A stretch of DNA of 64,000 bases from Octopus vulgaris (taxonomy: Eukaryota). A program made the position numbers and the translations under genes. Numbering within the stretch: the stretch's first letter is position 1; the number at the start of each line of letters is the position of its first letter. Of this stretch, positions 1-13,566 are shown piece by piece. The notes beneath the pieces were generated by a model. That model saw only the letters and a program-made list of their open reading frames with translations, was not told where the DNA came from and searched no databases. The stretch is taken from the NCBI GenBank assembly GCA_951406725.2, contig OX597822.1, positions 79,298,001-79,362,000 of the forward strand. Reading direction: 5' to 3'.

Positions 1-328
1 GCAAGACTTGAGGCCGATGTCGTTCTTTAGCCACAGATAATCTATTACCGAAAACACCAGTGTTCAAGCCATATTCCAAACACGATCAACTGTTTTATCT
101 ATTTATTTATTTATTCAATGTGCCCTTCTACTTTTAAGTGAGAAAGTTGTAACTTAGAGCAGATTTGTTTATTTGTGTGTGAGAGAAAGAAGGGGGTGGT
201 GGAGAAGGAGTGATGCGTTGGGTTACTCTAAAGGATTCTGAAGCACCAGAGTTTAAGCTCCAGTTTCATTGAAGTAGGGAGATGATAAATAAATCTCTCT
301 CAGTATACGATATCAGTCTATTATAAGC

Positions 329-675
329 TGTGTGGAGTCGCAATGGCCCAGTGGTTAGGGCAGTTGACTCGCAGTCATAGGATCACGGTTTCGATTCCCA
401 CCTAAAGCTCCACGTGGCTCTGGCAGGGTGTGGTGGCGAACCCTGCTGTATTCTTCCACCACAACTTTCACTCTTTCTTCCTGTTTCAGTTGTACCTATA
501 TTTCAATGGGCCAGCCTTGTTGCACTCTGTGTCACGCTGAATCTCCCCGAGAACTACGTTAAGGGCACACGTGTCTGTGGAGTGCTCAGCCACCTGCACG
601 TTAATTTCACGAGTAGGCTGGTCCGTTGATCGGATCAACTGGAACCCTCACCGTCGTAACCGACGGAGTGCCACG
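329..675 (+). mobile_element. tRNA-derived SINE (family A) with 9-bp TSD
   Basis: A-box TGGCCCAGTGGTTAG and B-box GGTTTCGATTCC. ATTATAAGC flanks both sides (320-328, 676-684). Related copies at 48566, 50912 and 59243. Confidence 0.85.
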
Positions 676-1050
676 ATTATAAGCAATATATCCGGAAGAT
701 CTGAAACAATATCGAGGCAATAATAAAGCATACTGAATTAAATGAATTACTCAAATATACAACCAGAAGTCTGAGGTGGATATGTGTGTATAAAAATAAA
801 ATAGTCAAACCTTAACTGAGAATACATTTAAGTAGTGTACAAATGTTATATTTGCAAGTAAAAGTCAGATAGTGGCTTCGAAGTTTCGTTGTGGACCGGC
901 CCAATCAGACTTGCCGGGTCAAGCAAAGCTTTGAAGTCACCGTCAACATGTCTTTATATATATTCTTTGTGCGAAATTGACCATCAACAATTTCACAGAT
1001 TTCGACAAATGAGTGTTCCAGTTGTTTGATCAACAATTCTTTACTACATC

Positions 1051-1213
1051 TATTCGTGTATAAGCCGCACTACTTTATCTTTGGTTTTAACTGAAAAAGA
1101 AATTGGCGTGCGACTTATACAAGGGGCAAAGGTAAAACTATGAAAGGAAAAAGTTTTGTACCAAGATTTAACACTAAATTAGGGGTGAGGTTTATACACG
1201 AGTAAATATGGTA
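1051..1213. mobile_element. Tc2/pogo-like MITE remnant
   Basis: TTCGTGTATAAG on the left and TTATACACGAGTAAATATGG-TA on the right form degenerate TIRs with a TA flank. Confidence 0.5.
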
Positions 1214-2417
1214 ACTATTCAAATTCTCATGTAATTACATGAGTATTCTACAAATACTTCATTCTTTAATGTAATCAATCCTGAAGTGAAATCACCCTGG
1301 CGTAATGCGTGACAAAGCTGCGCACTTGAATCGCAAGTGCACTCTATTCAGCGGGTCTCAACAGAGTTTCTGTTTGTCCAATTCCAATCTCAAAGTTTGG
1401 ATCAATCTGAGAATACGGTAAAATATTGGGTCTTTTGCTTAATGTACTACACAGTGTGCTCGAACCCAGAAGCTCCAGATTACTAAACGAACTTCTTACC
1501 ACACAGCCGCGCATCAATGACTATGAATGAATCTAGGTTGCTAACACACACACACTAGCAGGTCGAGCAAACACATAGTCATCTTCATTGGCTCTAATGT
1601 GTTCCGTCTGTGTATTTGTAACAGCAAACCAATCTCCCTCACATCACAAACTGTCTTTAGTAGGTAACATTGGATAATACAGCCCCTAATATAAAAATGT
1701 AGGGCTAGACTCGGTAGAATCGCTTTTGGTCATAGGTTTGCTTGATAAGTGCGAACATACGGCTCACTAGCAACACAGTAAAATGTCGTTAGTTACTGAC
1801 ATCACAGCTTTTAGTAAGTCCATGACCCGAACTCTAACATCTAAATGGTTGACAAATCAACAAAAATATGAGTCACATAATTGAAAGAATATAAAATAAT
1901 TCAGGACATGCGTTACGTTAGAGATTCTTGAGGTAAAAAAAAAAAAGCCCACTCAAACTTTCCTTTTTTAAAAAAGCAAACAGCCAATATAACTAAATAC
2001 TTGACTTAGCATTCTTATTGATATATTCAAAGCGAATCCACATTCTTTTGTATGGTAGTGAAGAATAGATTGAGATATAGTCACGGTGTCAGCACTTTTA
2101 TCATACGAAAGCCTAGTAGGCAATAATACTTATGTTTCATGGTAGCAATTAAGAAAAAAATTTCGAATTTCTGGTGAAAAGCTTTCCAATACAATATCTT
2201 AACGAAAAATAGAAACTATTTCTCTCTCACATTACACCATACGGTCTTAAAAGAATCGAATGACGCATTGGGATTGGATGCTGTGGCCTACAAACGTTAT
2301 TTCTGAAATACGACAAGATGCTTCCAAACATAGATCTGTTGTATAATGACTGGCCAGGGAATAATCAACGACAAAATGTCTAAAACTCTACATCACTAGG
2401 TTGTTATGCGTGCGTTG

Positions 2418-2457
<40 letters not shown>

Positions 2458-2538
2458 TTAAACGTGCACACAATGTAGAAGGAAGATAAACAAACAGAAG
2501 TATTTGAGTTTCTTATATCAACTTTCTCTCTCAATATA

Positions 2539-3094
2539 CAGCGTGGGCCATAATGATGGGACACATTTTAAATGCTAGTATCATGGATTATAAATATGAT
2601 ATAGAGTACCGAATATATTTATTACATAACTGATATACAGGAGTACAACATATTACCTAAGATTTTACTATTTTTCACTGGTAGTTGGTGTTGGTGACCC
2701 TCATAATACCGTGAACTTGAAAAGAAATTGCATACGTGGTCGAAGCATACTTCAGTGAAAGATCCATTGTTTTAGCCCAAATAAAAAATTCCGATAGCAT
2801 TTTGGAAAGCGACAGCCAACTTGCCAAAAGGTGATCCTGCACGCTGTTACAAACTTCTGTGAGACAGGCGATTGCAGCTATTACAGTTGATATGCTATGC
2901 TGCAGTGTGGTTGATATGAGAAAGCGAGCTCGTGATGACCATCTCCAAGATGTAATATTCAAATCTTAGTTGTCTAGTGAGTCATATGCTGAACTTCTGT
3001 ATATCAGTTAAGCAATAAATATATTCGGTATTGTCTTTTTTATAATCCAAGATACTAGCATTTAAAATGTGTCCCATCTTTACGGCCCATCCTA
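2539..3094 (+). mobile_element. Internally deleted Tc1/mariner-superfamily transposon
   Basis: About 100-bp imperfect TIRs (2539-2640 / 2997-3094) with TA flanks. The interior reads as a decayed transposase N-terminus (KEIAYVVEAYFSERSIVLAQ..HFGKRQPTCQKVILHAVTNF) fused to the C-terminus (IAAITVDML..DHLQDVIFKS*). Confidence 0.8.
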
Positions 3095-3103
3095 TATATA
3101 GAC

Positions 3104-3166
<63 letters not shown>

Positions 3167-3189
3167 CACATATATACATACACACACAC

Positions 3190-3230
<41 letters not shown>

Positions 3231-3405
3231 TATATACACATATATACACACACACACATATATATACATATATACATACACACATATATATATACATACA
3301 TACACACATATATATACATACATATACATATATATATATATACATATATATATACATACATATACATATATATATACATATATATACATATACATATATA
3401 TATAC

Positions 3406-3464
<59 letters not shown>

Positions 3465-3495
3465 TATATATACATACATATACATATATATATAC

Positions 3496-3529
<34 letters not shown>

Positions 3530-3547
3530 ACATACATATATATATAC

Positions 3548-3581
<34 letters not shown>

Positions 3582-3700
3582 ACATATATATATACATATA
3601 TATATACATACATATATATATACATACATATATACATACATACATATATATATACATACATATATATATACATACATATATATATATACATACATATATA

Positions 3701-3736
<36 letters not shown>

Positions 3737-3784
3737 CATATATATATATATACATACATATATATATATATACATATATATATC

Positions 3785-3862
<78 letters not shown>

Positions 3863-3931
3863 TATATATCCATACATACATATATATATTTACATACATA
3901 CATACATATATATATATATGTATATATATAT
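3095..3931. repeat. Compound (TA)/(CA)/(TACA) microsatellite
   Basis: Direct inspection. Confidence 0.98.
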
Positions 3932-5085
3932 AAACGTTCCGGGTTTATAGACGAAGACACTGAGTAGCAAGCTCCTTAACTACAAAGAACCAGACGAGAG
4001 CGCGGTATTTCAAGAAACTGGTTTCTTGTAAAAAATAAAAGTTACTATGGTGAGCGCAATGAAGGTTGAGGTGATAATTGTGACGGTGACGATAATGAAT
4101 AGTTATGATAGTAACAGCGGGAAACACCTGTTACCAATAGTAACAATACAGAAGATGAGAGCATGGCAATGATGATGACGCTGTTGATGGTTTGAAGATA
4201 GATTTCCAAGGCTTTTATGATATTAATAAAATGATGCTTTTTTTTTTCCATTTATTTTGCTTTCCATATAACTTTTTTCTGGTTAAACGAATTGAGTTTT
4301 TTTTAACAACTTTCTACAACAATCGCTGTTAGCAACAATTTATGACAAAATAACAGCAATTCAATTTATTTTCCCTTCTTTTGTTACTTGCTTTTTGATG
4401 ATGTCGGTTTAAAATTTGTGTCATCGGTACTACGGTTTTCATTAGTGTTGAACATCCTCTGGGTGAAATAAAGATTTCCGCGCAACTGAATCAGAAACGC
4501 TACTTGCAATGTGCTTCATTCTGCTATTCACTCCTCTTTATTTTCGAATTAAAATCGATCACCATGTTATTTGCATTGATCCTCCCATCGATCCTGTATT
4601 TAATTAAAATTATCCCCAATATTCTTTTTATTCTCTGGACAAAGTCCTTTATTGGTTTGTTGAACGAGTGACAGACAAACGGGCAGACAGACGGATGGAT
4701 GAATAGAAAGCGAAGAGAAAAGATTCGATTGGTTTTTGAATCCTTTACTTGTTATTAGAAAATTCATGGGGTTCAGTTCTTTGAAAAGGTTCTGTGACAA
4801 TATGAGCCCGTCATCAATGTCCAGTAGGTTGCTTTTAGGTTCACAACACCCTCCACTTTTCCCGAATTCCCTTCCTCGGAAGGTGAGATGATTACTTGCC
4901 AATTCAGTACGTTATCAAGCGCTGATTTATAATTAAAAAAAAGGGAATAATGGGGACACACACACACACACACTGTTGCTACAATAATAGCTTCTAGTAA
5001 GCGGTTCTCCTTTTCCTACGACTAAATGATAGGGAAAATAGTAATAGTAGCAATCATTGTGTGCGTGTGTGTATATACGCGCGCG

Positions 5086-5127
<42 letters not shown>

Positions 5128-5296
5128 AATATGAAACAATGTTTCACAGTACCATTGTTCAGGGCTTCTTAGAAAAGCAATCATCAGATGAGGCTAGTTT
5201 CCATGACCTTAGCGTGCCCAGCAAGACTGATAATGTTTAGCTCGAACATCTATAAGTGGACATTTGCTGGGGAAAAAAAGCAGAAGAAACAGAAGA

Positions 5297-5610
5297 AAAG
5301 GACAGCGAAATGTTCGCTAATGTTTTCTTGTAGGATCGGTTGGTTGGTATTTGTAAGTTTGAGAACCATTAGAGTCAGTCAAGGTATCGGCAAATCCAGA
5401 GTGACCGTCAGTACTAAGAGCAAGTGCCTTCTCCCGGCTGTCTTGGTCTACACGCGCATACTGGGAGTGGACCTTTTCACTCGAAACATGCTCACCACCT
5501 TCACCTACCTCATAAATTCACTGGAAAGCAGCACTTCCTTCTCCGTCTTCCTCCCCAAGCGGGACTTGAAAAAAATCGTCAAGGGCTTGGCTGAAGAAGG
5601 AAGTGTATTG
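5297..5610 (-). pseudogene. Possible decayed 3' end (ORF2 C-terminus plus UTR) of an L1/Tx1-type LINE
   Basis: Minus frame LTIFFKSRLGRKTEKEVLLSSEFMR*VKVVSMFRVKRSTPSMRV* resembles, from memory, the C-termini of cephalopod L1/Tx1 ORF2. Part of it is duplicated in inverted orientation at 5968-6113. Confidence 0.35.
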
Positions 5611-5859
5611 ATATATAAGAGTTTGTATTGCTTAGGACGTATAATAATCCCAAAGGAAATATTTTCTGTCTCAGATTGAAGTCTTCTGACCGAATAGAGG
5701 AAGAATACCCTTGATTTTAGTGTTGCACTGGTTAGCACCTCACTTATATTCGTTCACATGTAATAAATAATTGATAATACTCTTGTCAAATAAATGTATA
5801 CTCAGACGCGCGTGCGCGTGTGTTAAGATTATGTATATTTTATTTTTTTAATTTTATTT

Positions 5860-5900
5860 AGTTTCAGCTCACAAGCTGTGGCCATGCTGGGGCACTGCCA
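5860..5900 (-). mobile_element. Extremely 5'-truncated CR1-type LINE 3' stub
   Basis: Reverse complement TGGCAGTGCCCCAGCATGGCCACAGCTTGTGAGCTGAAACT matches the LINE 3' end at 24622-24663. Adjacent to (TA)n. Confidence 0.7.
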
Positions 5901-5917
5901 TTATATGTATATATATG

Positions 5918-5971
<54 letters not shown>

Positions 5972-6439
5972 CCGGGAGAAGGCACTTGCTCTTAGTACTG
6001 ACGGTCACTCTGGATCTGCCGATACCTTGACTGACTCTAATGGTTCTCAAACTTACAAATACCAACAAACCGATCCTACAAGAAAACATTAGTGAACATT
6101 TTGCTGTCCTTTTTGTTATTACTGTGAAGACAAAATATAATATCCATTCATGAAATCTTTGTCATAATGTTGGACAAATATGAAAAATTTCAAACCCATC
6201 TTAAAATTATTCAACATGACAAATTGTCCGTCTATTAAATCTTCAACCACCCACGAGAAACTCTGACCCAGATGATGGTCTTACTAAAAATGATGTGCGT
6301 GCGCGTATGTGTACACACAAACACTCACAGAGTATACTTCCACTTTCTTTTTTTTTTTTCCAGCCAATTTCAATGAAAACGCGTGCCAACCATACACAAC
6401 TTGTCAAATATATTTTCTCATGACAAATCTTAGCAGCAT

Positions 6440-6835
6440 TTCTTCCGGTTTAACTTTGAGTTTAGACCGAGATCAACTTTGTTTTTCATCCTTCGAGGTC
6501 GACAAAATAAGTACTAGTGGATCATTGGGGTCGGTATAATAGACTAATCCCTTCCCCCACCCCACCCTACGAAAATGTTCAGGCCTTGTGCTTATAGTAG
6601 AAAATATTCATTTATTTATTACTGTAGCGCTCCGGCAGAATTTGCACGACAAGCAAAATGCTCAGTGACATTTCGTGTCTTAACGTTTTGAGTTCAAATT
6701 CCGCCGAGGCCGACTTTGCCTTTCATCCTTTTTGGGTCGATAAACGAAGTTCCAGTTGAGCACTGGGATCGATGTAATCGGCTTAACCCCTCTCCGAACT
6801 TGCTGGCCTTGTGCCAAAATTAGAAAGAATTATTA
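6440..6835 (+). mobile_element. Two tandem diverged family-C SINEs
   Basis: Both match the GAGGTCGACTTTGCCTTTCATCCTTTCGGGGTCGATAAA domain of the intact copy at 42616. Confidence 0.8.
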
Positions 6836-8073
6836 TTACCATCATTATTATTTTAACAGTGTTGTTGCTGCCAAAACAAACAAACAAAAAAAAAGCAAAA
6901 TTGCTATATAAGTTATTTAAACACTGATTAACAAGAAATTAAGCGAGCATATTTAAGAAACCTAATTGACTGCACGTTTATGAAGATGTATACAAACATC
7001 GTTTACAAAGTGCCCATGTATGCGCGCATGAGTGTGTTTGTGTGTCTACATAAATATGTATGTTGTATGTATATATATATATATATATCTATATAAAGAG
7101 AGATACATACATACATACATACATATAAATTAATATTCTTATAATTTAATATAGACAAATTTGCAAATGCAAATTCACACGTAGACAAAATTGCATAATT
7201 ATAAATAAAACATGAATACATATTATATCATTATAAATCAATTATGTAATGATATAAATACATAATATAATTGCTTAGTACAAACAAGTTTAATTATTCT
7301 GCCTTTGAATGTACAATGTATGTCTTTTTTTTTTGCACATAAAGACACACATACACACACACACACACACACACAAGCACTCATATAATCTCATATGTGC
7401 GTTTGAATGAGTGTCATTACGTGAAATAGAGATTTTATAGTCGATTACCTCACACATGGACTTACATTAACGGATTAACTTGACTCATAAAATTTCAAAA
7501 GAAAAGAATAACATGAACAGCACGCAGGAAAATCAAAACGAGAAACAAAACACTGCAAAGGAAAATCAACAACCAAAGAACATTCGTTTCAGTTTAAAAT
7601 TCATTTAGAAATTATTCGTTTATGACTGGGCAAATCTATCTATCTCCCTATTTAACTACCTATCTATCTACCTACCTCTGTCTCTGTTTATTTGTACCAG
7701 TTTCCTAGGTACTTCTAAACAACTGATCTCTGCCTTTGTCTTATTTCGTCTTCTCCCTTTCCTACTTCCATACATTTAAATCTCCCCGCCTTTCTCTCTC
7801 TCTCTCTCTCTCTCAAACACATTTACTCTTTTACCGTTAATTCTAATCCCACTCTCTCAAACTTACTATATTTGTGCTACTTCCCTCAAAAAAAAAAAAG
7901 AAAAAAAGAAAAATATATATATAAAAGAAGCTTTCTCCAGCTCAGTGCCTCATTTCCTCTTCTTCTCTTTCTAACTTCTATCCAATTTCTGCCTCACTCA
8001 ACCCACCCCCATCACTAGTTTTAAAATTTTAATCTACTTTCTCTATTTATCTTACAATCACTCTCTAAATTCA

Positions 8074-8105
<32 letters not shown>

Positions 8106-8343
8106 TTTCATATTTTCTCTCTCAAACACACATTTTCTCCCTCCTTACAGCGCTACTCATCTATTCATTCATTGCGTTTGTTCCTTCCAGTTAATTGTTC
8201 CATACACAGATTTCCTCAGCTAAAAAAGAGGGAGAAGGATAGGTTCTAGAAATGACAGTGGTGACTCATCTATAAAAGACACACGCACAACTTCCACTCC
8301 ATCCCCAGCTATCTAGCTTTCTCCCTATCTATGACTATATATA

Positions 8344-8345
<2 letters not shown>

Positions 8346-8406
<61 letters not shown>
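8346..8406. repeat. (TATC)n microsatellite
   Basis: Direct inspection. Confidence 0.95.
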
Positions 8407-8473
8407 AGTCTATGAGAAATTGGATAGAGTTAGAAAGAGTAGAAGAGGAAATGAGGCATTGAGCTAAAGAAAG

Positions 8474-8510
<37 letters not shown>

Positions 8511-8714
8511 AGGAAAATAGCACAAATATAGTGTTTGAGAGAGTGGGAATAGAATTGCTTTTCTCCAATTCAATTTTATTCTTGATTTTTCACAAACATT
8601 TTCCTGTTCTTTTACTCATTTTATCTACTTATACCTACCCCTTTAGTAATACCCGTTTCCCATTCACAGACACATTCTATCTAACCAGCTTCTATTTGTC
8701 TAGTCACTCATTTC

Positions 8715-8745
<31 letters not shown>

Positions 8746-9337
8746 TCCTAGTTATCCTTCCGGGGATTTTCTTCCTTTTTCGCTAGCTATCTTTCCGAGC
8801 CTCTCCCTCCCTACTTATCTCTCTTCTTTTTTCTATATATTTCCTCATTACAAGATCTTTCAGTCTCAATATTCAATTCTCAATATTTCCTCACCCACCA
8901 TCTCTTATTTTCTTCCTTCCTTTTATCTTATACTAGACCCTACCCTTCCAATCTCCCTCTCTCCTTCAGTTTAATATTCATTCTTTTCTTTTGCGCTCTC
9001 TCATTATCCAATACCTTTTTTAAAACACAAAAAGAATGAAAATGCAGACATCATGTATAACATGTCTATCCTACCTTGGACATATTAATGGAAATAGAAT
9101 AAACAAATAACGCAACATAACATACAAGAGCAGCAACAACAAACAACAGATATTTGCCGTGCAATAGAGGCAGACAAACACTATTGTGACATAAACACAT
9201 AATGGTACGTGCGTGCGTGCGTGCGTGAGTGGAAGCAAGAGTGGCAGAGTAAAGAAGTTCGCTTCGCAATCCTGAAATCCCGGGTCGGATCCCTTTGCGT
9301 GACACCCTGAGCAAGTGCCTTTTATCATTAGGTAGAT

Positions 9338-9677
9338 CATAGGTTCTCAAGGTGGGCGCTACCGCCCCTCCTCCCAGGTGGGCGTTGAGAGGGTCCATGT
9401 GGGCGCTGGTGTCTAAGGGGGTGGTACGGAGTGGGGGTAGAGAAAAAGGAGGCTACGACAGGAAGACAGTGGATTGGGGGATGCTGTGAATTTATCATAT
9501 TATTATAGTATTGTATACAAATTATACGACATTATATATTAAATATCAAACAATTCATAGTGTATATAAATTAGTTAAATATAAAATATCTATTTATACA
9601 TAAAAATAGGGGTGGGTGCGCTGAGGGTATTATGTGGCTATGAGGGGGCGGTGGCTCAAAAAGTTTGAGAAGCTCTG
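9338..9677. mobile_element. hAT (Charlie-like) MITE nested in a family-B SINE
   Basis: Termini CATAGGTTCTCAA / TTGAGAAGCTCTG, with GTAGAT on both flanks. The SINE head at ~9237-9330 resumes at ~9690. Confidence 0.65.
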
Positions 9678-10326
9678 GTAGATAGGTAGCTTAGGGTTCA
9701 CTCAAGCTTTGTGTGAACCTAAGTTGGGCCGGGATTGGTTTCACCCTGGGAAGTGCGTTAAGGGGACATGCATCTAGGGTATACTCAACCACTTTGACGT
9801 TAGTTTAATGAGTCAGTAGTTTAATTGATTAAATTACTGAATGGTCACTGTATTTGTGTGTATAAATGTGTGCGTGTATATGTGTGTGGATATGTGTGTA
9901 TTTGTATGTGTATACACATAATTATATGCATACAGCGGACGCACACAAATATATAAGACCGCATCTACGCACACGTCATTATAACTTAATCCCGCTTGAC
10001 AGCTCACATTTACACACACACACACACACACACATTAACTTGTATGTGTGTGCAAATGCCGAAACATAAACACACAGTCTTCAAGAGACAAGACCAATTC
10101 TTTCTACTCAACGAACCTGAATAGAATAAAGTAAAGATGCTCTCGCAACAAAACCCCCCACCTAAAGTGAATGCGTGCGTGCACTTAAACATGCGTGGGT
10201 ACTGCCGCAAGCACTCAAGAATATTAGACACCTGCAAACTGCACGTGTGCACAAATCAGGTGTGCAGGAGAGAGGCTCCTATAAATAGAACACTTTTACA
10301 GGGACTGACAGCTAGAGTATATGTGT

Positions 10327-10363
<37 letters not shown>

Positions 10364-10369
10364 TGCAAA

Positions 10370-10715
10370 GACGTGACTGTGTGGTTAAGAAATTCGATTT
10401 GCAACCGCATGGCTTCGGGTTCAGTCCGACGGCACGGCACCTTGGGCAAGTGTCTTCCACTATAGACTCAAAGCATTGTGACGGAAAAACTGAGGAAGCC
10501 CGTTACGCTCGGGTGAGTGTGTGTATTGTGGTTCCCCTCCCCACTGCTTGTTTTTTCTTTCTTTTACGTACCGTAACTAGCAGTTCAGGAAAAGCGACCG
10601 ATAGAATAAGTGACAGACTTTCAAAAAAGTAAAGTGCCAGGGTCTATTTGTTCGATTCGACCCTGCAAGGCGGTGCTCCAGCAAAGCCGCAGTCCAATGA
10701 CTGAAACAGGCAAAT
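10370..10715 (+). mobile_element. Family-B SINE (tRNA head, CORE-like CCTTGGGCAAGTG, LINE-like tail)
   Basis: Matches the intact copy at 26577-26955. Confidence 0.85.
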
Positions 10716-11424
10716 GGTAATAGATTTGGTGTGCGTGTGTGTGTGTGTGCGCGCGCGCGTATTGTCAAGGCAACTTAGGAGTTTTTCAACATTCGATCCG
10801 GTAGTTAAAATCAAACTATAACATACGCACACGTATGCACCCATTCACGCGCCGATATGCATGAACAGAAATAATAGACGATTACATACTAATTAATTTA
10901 TGTATGTTTAGTAACTTACATACAGGGCCCTAGTATTAATACAGCGAGAGGTTGATTGTAGGATTATTGAAACATAAGCATATGAACTTTTTCACAATTT
11001 ATCCACAAACCTGCCGACTAGGTTCTTTGATTATTCAAAACACACCACATATATACCTCCCCGTATACATACGTATATCCACATTTATATGCATAAATAT
11101 GTATGCATTTGTAAACCAAATTACCTATAATTAGCCATTCAAATATAATCACATATATGTGTATGTGTGCAAATAGATGCGTGCATGGATTGCCATTTCT
11201 GCTCGCCGAGCCAGCAGAGTGGCATCATTCGAAGGCTAAAACGATACAAAGAACACTGTGACTAGCGATGTGTAACATCATCTGATAATCTGGTCGGTGA
11301 CGTGATGGGGTGGATAAAACTTTTTATAGTAATGTACCGAACAGTGCATTGGTAATGTTAGCAAGAAGAAATGAAGGACACACACAGACAAATAGAAAGA
11401 GAGAGAGATACGCGAGCGCAAACA

Positions 11425-11950
11425 CAGTAGTCACCAAAATTCTGGACACTTTCTTAGTCATTGCTTCCTGGCTTTATGCCAATTTCCTGCTCGCAATTAT
11501 TATTCTCGTCATCTTCAAAGATGTTTCATTGTTCTATAATATAACCCATGGAGCTTTAAAATAGGCATTGTTCTTCAACTGAATATAACAGAAATCTTTG
11601 AGATTTAAATACACTAAAACATGCATTTCAGCTTAAACCAGATGTATTTAAACACCATATAAAAACAAAAGCTCATTATTTAGATTACAATAATATTTAG
11701 TAGGATAACCTTTTGCTTTGATTACCGCTTCAGTTCTTCTTGGCATGAAAGCGATAACTTTCTCCAAATCTCCAGGATTTATGATTCTAAACCAGTCATT
11801 CACGATTGCTTTGATTAATCGACTTTTGTTGCTATCGATTTGGAAATCGCTAACAAGTCTTTTGATGCCTGAACTTAAATTTTCTATCCAGTTATGTTCG
11901 AGGCTGTTATCAAGCCGTTGTAAAACATTTACATAATAGACTTTCAACTA
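11425..11950 (-). pseudogene. 3' half of a Tc1-like transposon (transposase C-terminus plus TIR)
   Basis: Minus frame NWIENLSSGIKRLV...MPRRTEAVIKAKGYPTKY is the typical Tc1 C-terminus. A Tc1-type terminus CAGTAGTCACCAAAATTCTGGACAC lies at 11425. Confidence 0.8.
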
Positions 11951-12011
11951 GTTTGAACTTGGCTGTGTGGTAATATGGGTACCAACTTGTTGAAAATAGT
12001 TTTATGTGAGC

Positions 12012-12335
12012 AAGCATGGCTGTATGGTTAAGAAGCGTACTTTGCAACAACGTGATTTCGGGTTCTTCTCCAGTGAGCAGCATCTTGAGTGCCTCCTACC
12101 TAGTGCCCAGGGTCGAACAATATCATGATTTTAATGGACAGTAACTGTGTGGCATTCTGTCGTATATGTGTGTGTTTGTGTCTTGGTCTCTCCACCATCG
12201 CTTGACAACCTGTGTTAACGGTTCGGCAAGAGAGATCGATAGGATGAGTACCGGAGGCGATTAGTTCGACTAAATCCTTCAAAGCGATGCTCCAGAAAGG
12301 CCACAGCCTAATGACAGAAACTAGTAAAAGATGGA
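12012..12335 (+). mobile_element. Diverged family-B SINE
   Basis: tRNA head and AAGCGATGCTCCAGAAAGGCCACAG tail. Confidence 0.75.
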
Positions 12336-13036
12336 TGATATGAAACATGTGGAAGCATCATTGATCGAGAATTTTATTTCCAAATAGCTCCTTGCTAATT
12401 TATAATTCAATACGGCTACAAGGCAATTTCAAAACAACTTCCACCCCACAACATTCTACTGACAGGATGCATCATTGTTACTCTAAAACACCTGCGCAAC
12501 ACAGATTTCAATCGATCGCTCCGGAAAATTGAAATCGTCACATTCCATACGATTTTGTATCAATCTTCTGCTTCATATCTCTTCTCTCATCCATAAAAGA
12601 CATTTTCTTCTCTAAAGACCCCCCCCTCCGTATTCTTTCTTCAGGTTCTCGGTCAAAGAGTCTAAGTCTCACAACTGTCGCTTTAACTGGCCCCACTGGT
12701 AATTACCATTTTCTGGACGATCAGAAAACATTTAACTTAATCATACATCTATCTGGTTAGCCTGCTCGCTTGTTTTACATATTCTTCCTTATTCTTTTAG
12801 CAGTTTTCTCTGTATCACGTTCTTTAAGGTGCTGCCAGACCTTCATTTATTGCACCTTGTTCTAGTCTTAAGACTATTTATTGAAAGGTATAGTTTTTTT
12901 ATTATTATTATTTTTATTACCTCGCTTTAATCAGTGATTCTGGGGGCGGGGGTGAGTCGCAGCTTGAAAAGCGGCGGGCATGTCGTCATGTTGAAAATAA
13001 AAATGGTTTCTTACTATGAACATAAACATACACGAA

Positions 13037-13372
13037 CATTTGCCGCGTCTAAAACTGAGACAACATCCCGTCACTGACCCTAACCCTAAATTTTAGCCTT
13101 TCGTTTTTTTTTTCTTAATTGTTAAATTAATTTAATTGTTACGCGTGTGTCTAAAATTATTCGTTTTGTTTTTGTTTTGAGATACACGTGTATTGTTTAA
13201 ACTATTTTCCATTGCTTAAGAAAAAAAAAAACGAAAGGCTAAAACGAAAACAATGGAAAATAATTTGGAAAACAATTAACAAACAAAATAATTCTATAAT
13301 TTTAGACACACGCTTTCCGCACTTAAACAAAACAGTGGCAGGATGTTGTCTCAGTTTTAGACGCAGCAAATG
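13037..13372. mobile_element. MITE with ~40-bp TIRs, nested in an older Merlin/MULE-like MITE
   Basis: CATTTGCCGCGTCTAAAACTGAGACAACATCCCGTCACTG / CAGTGGCAGGATGTTGTCTCAGTTTTAGACGCAGCAAATG. Confidence 0.85.
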
Positions 13373-13566
13373 ATTTTAGCTAAATAGAGGCCATTGATTG
13401 GTTAAAATTCGAAAAATTAAACTACGTTAAACTTACAAATTACAATTTTCTTCAAGAAAGCCAAGAGAAAAAAATGTTTTATTTTGACACATTCTACCAG
13501 TGTACGAAGTTTAAAAGTGCTTAGTTAACTAGAAATTGTGTTGAAAAAGATACCTGGAAAAGATCC
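13373..13566. mobile_element. Right end of an old relative of the GGATCTTTTC MITE family
   Basis: Homologous to 58020-58219 (AAAGCCAAGAGAAAA...ACACATTCTACCAGT...GAAAAGATCC). Confidence 0.7.

Noticed and set aside
329-400. tRNA-like sequences here and at 26577, 42616 and 59243
   Set aside because: These are SINE heads: they continue into repeat bodies and lack a complete cloverleaf and terminator.
2982-3960. Long YI/YM/HT-rich ORFs here and at 23.5-25.1, 27.7-28.9, 34.0-34.4, 60.6-61.3 and 63.2-63.6 kb
   Set aside because: Translations of dinucleotide microsatellites that lack stop codons; open in several frames on both strands.
5125-5190. Minus-strand CTGATGA...GAAAC hammerhead-like text; similar weak cases at ~3990, ~15395 and ~25295
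   Set aside because: Stems I-III cannot be built consistently around the core.
5188-5679. 163-aa plus-strand ORF
   Set aside because: No recognisable domain; more likely antisense to a decayed LINE end, and partly duplicated.
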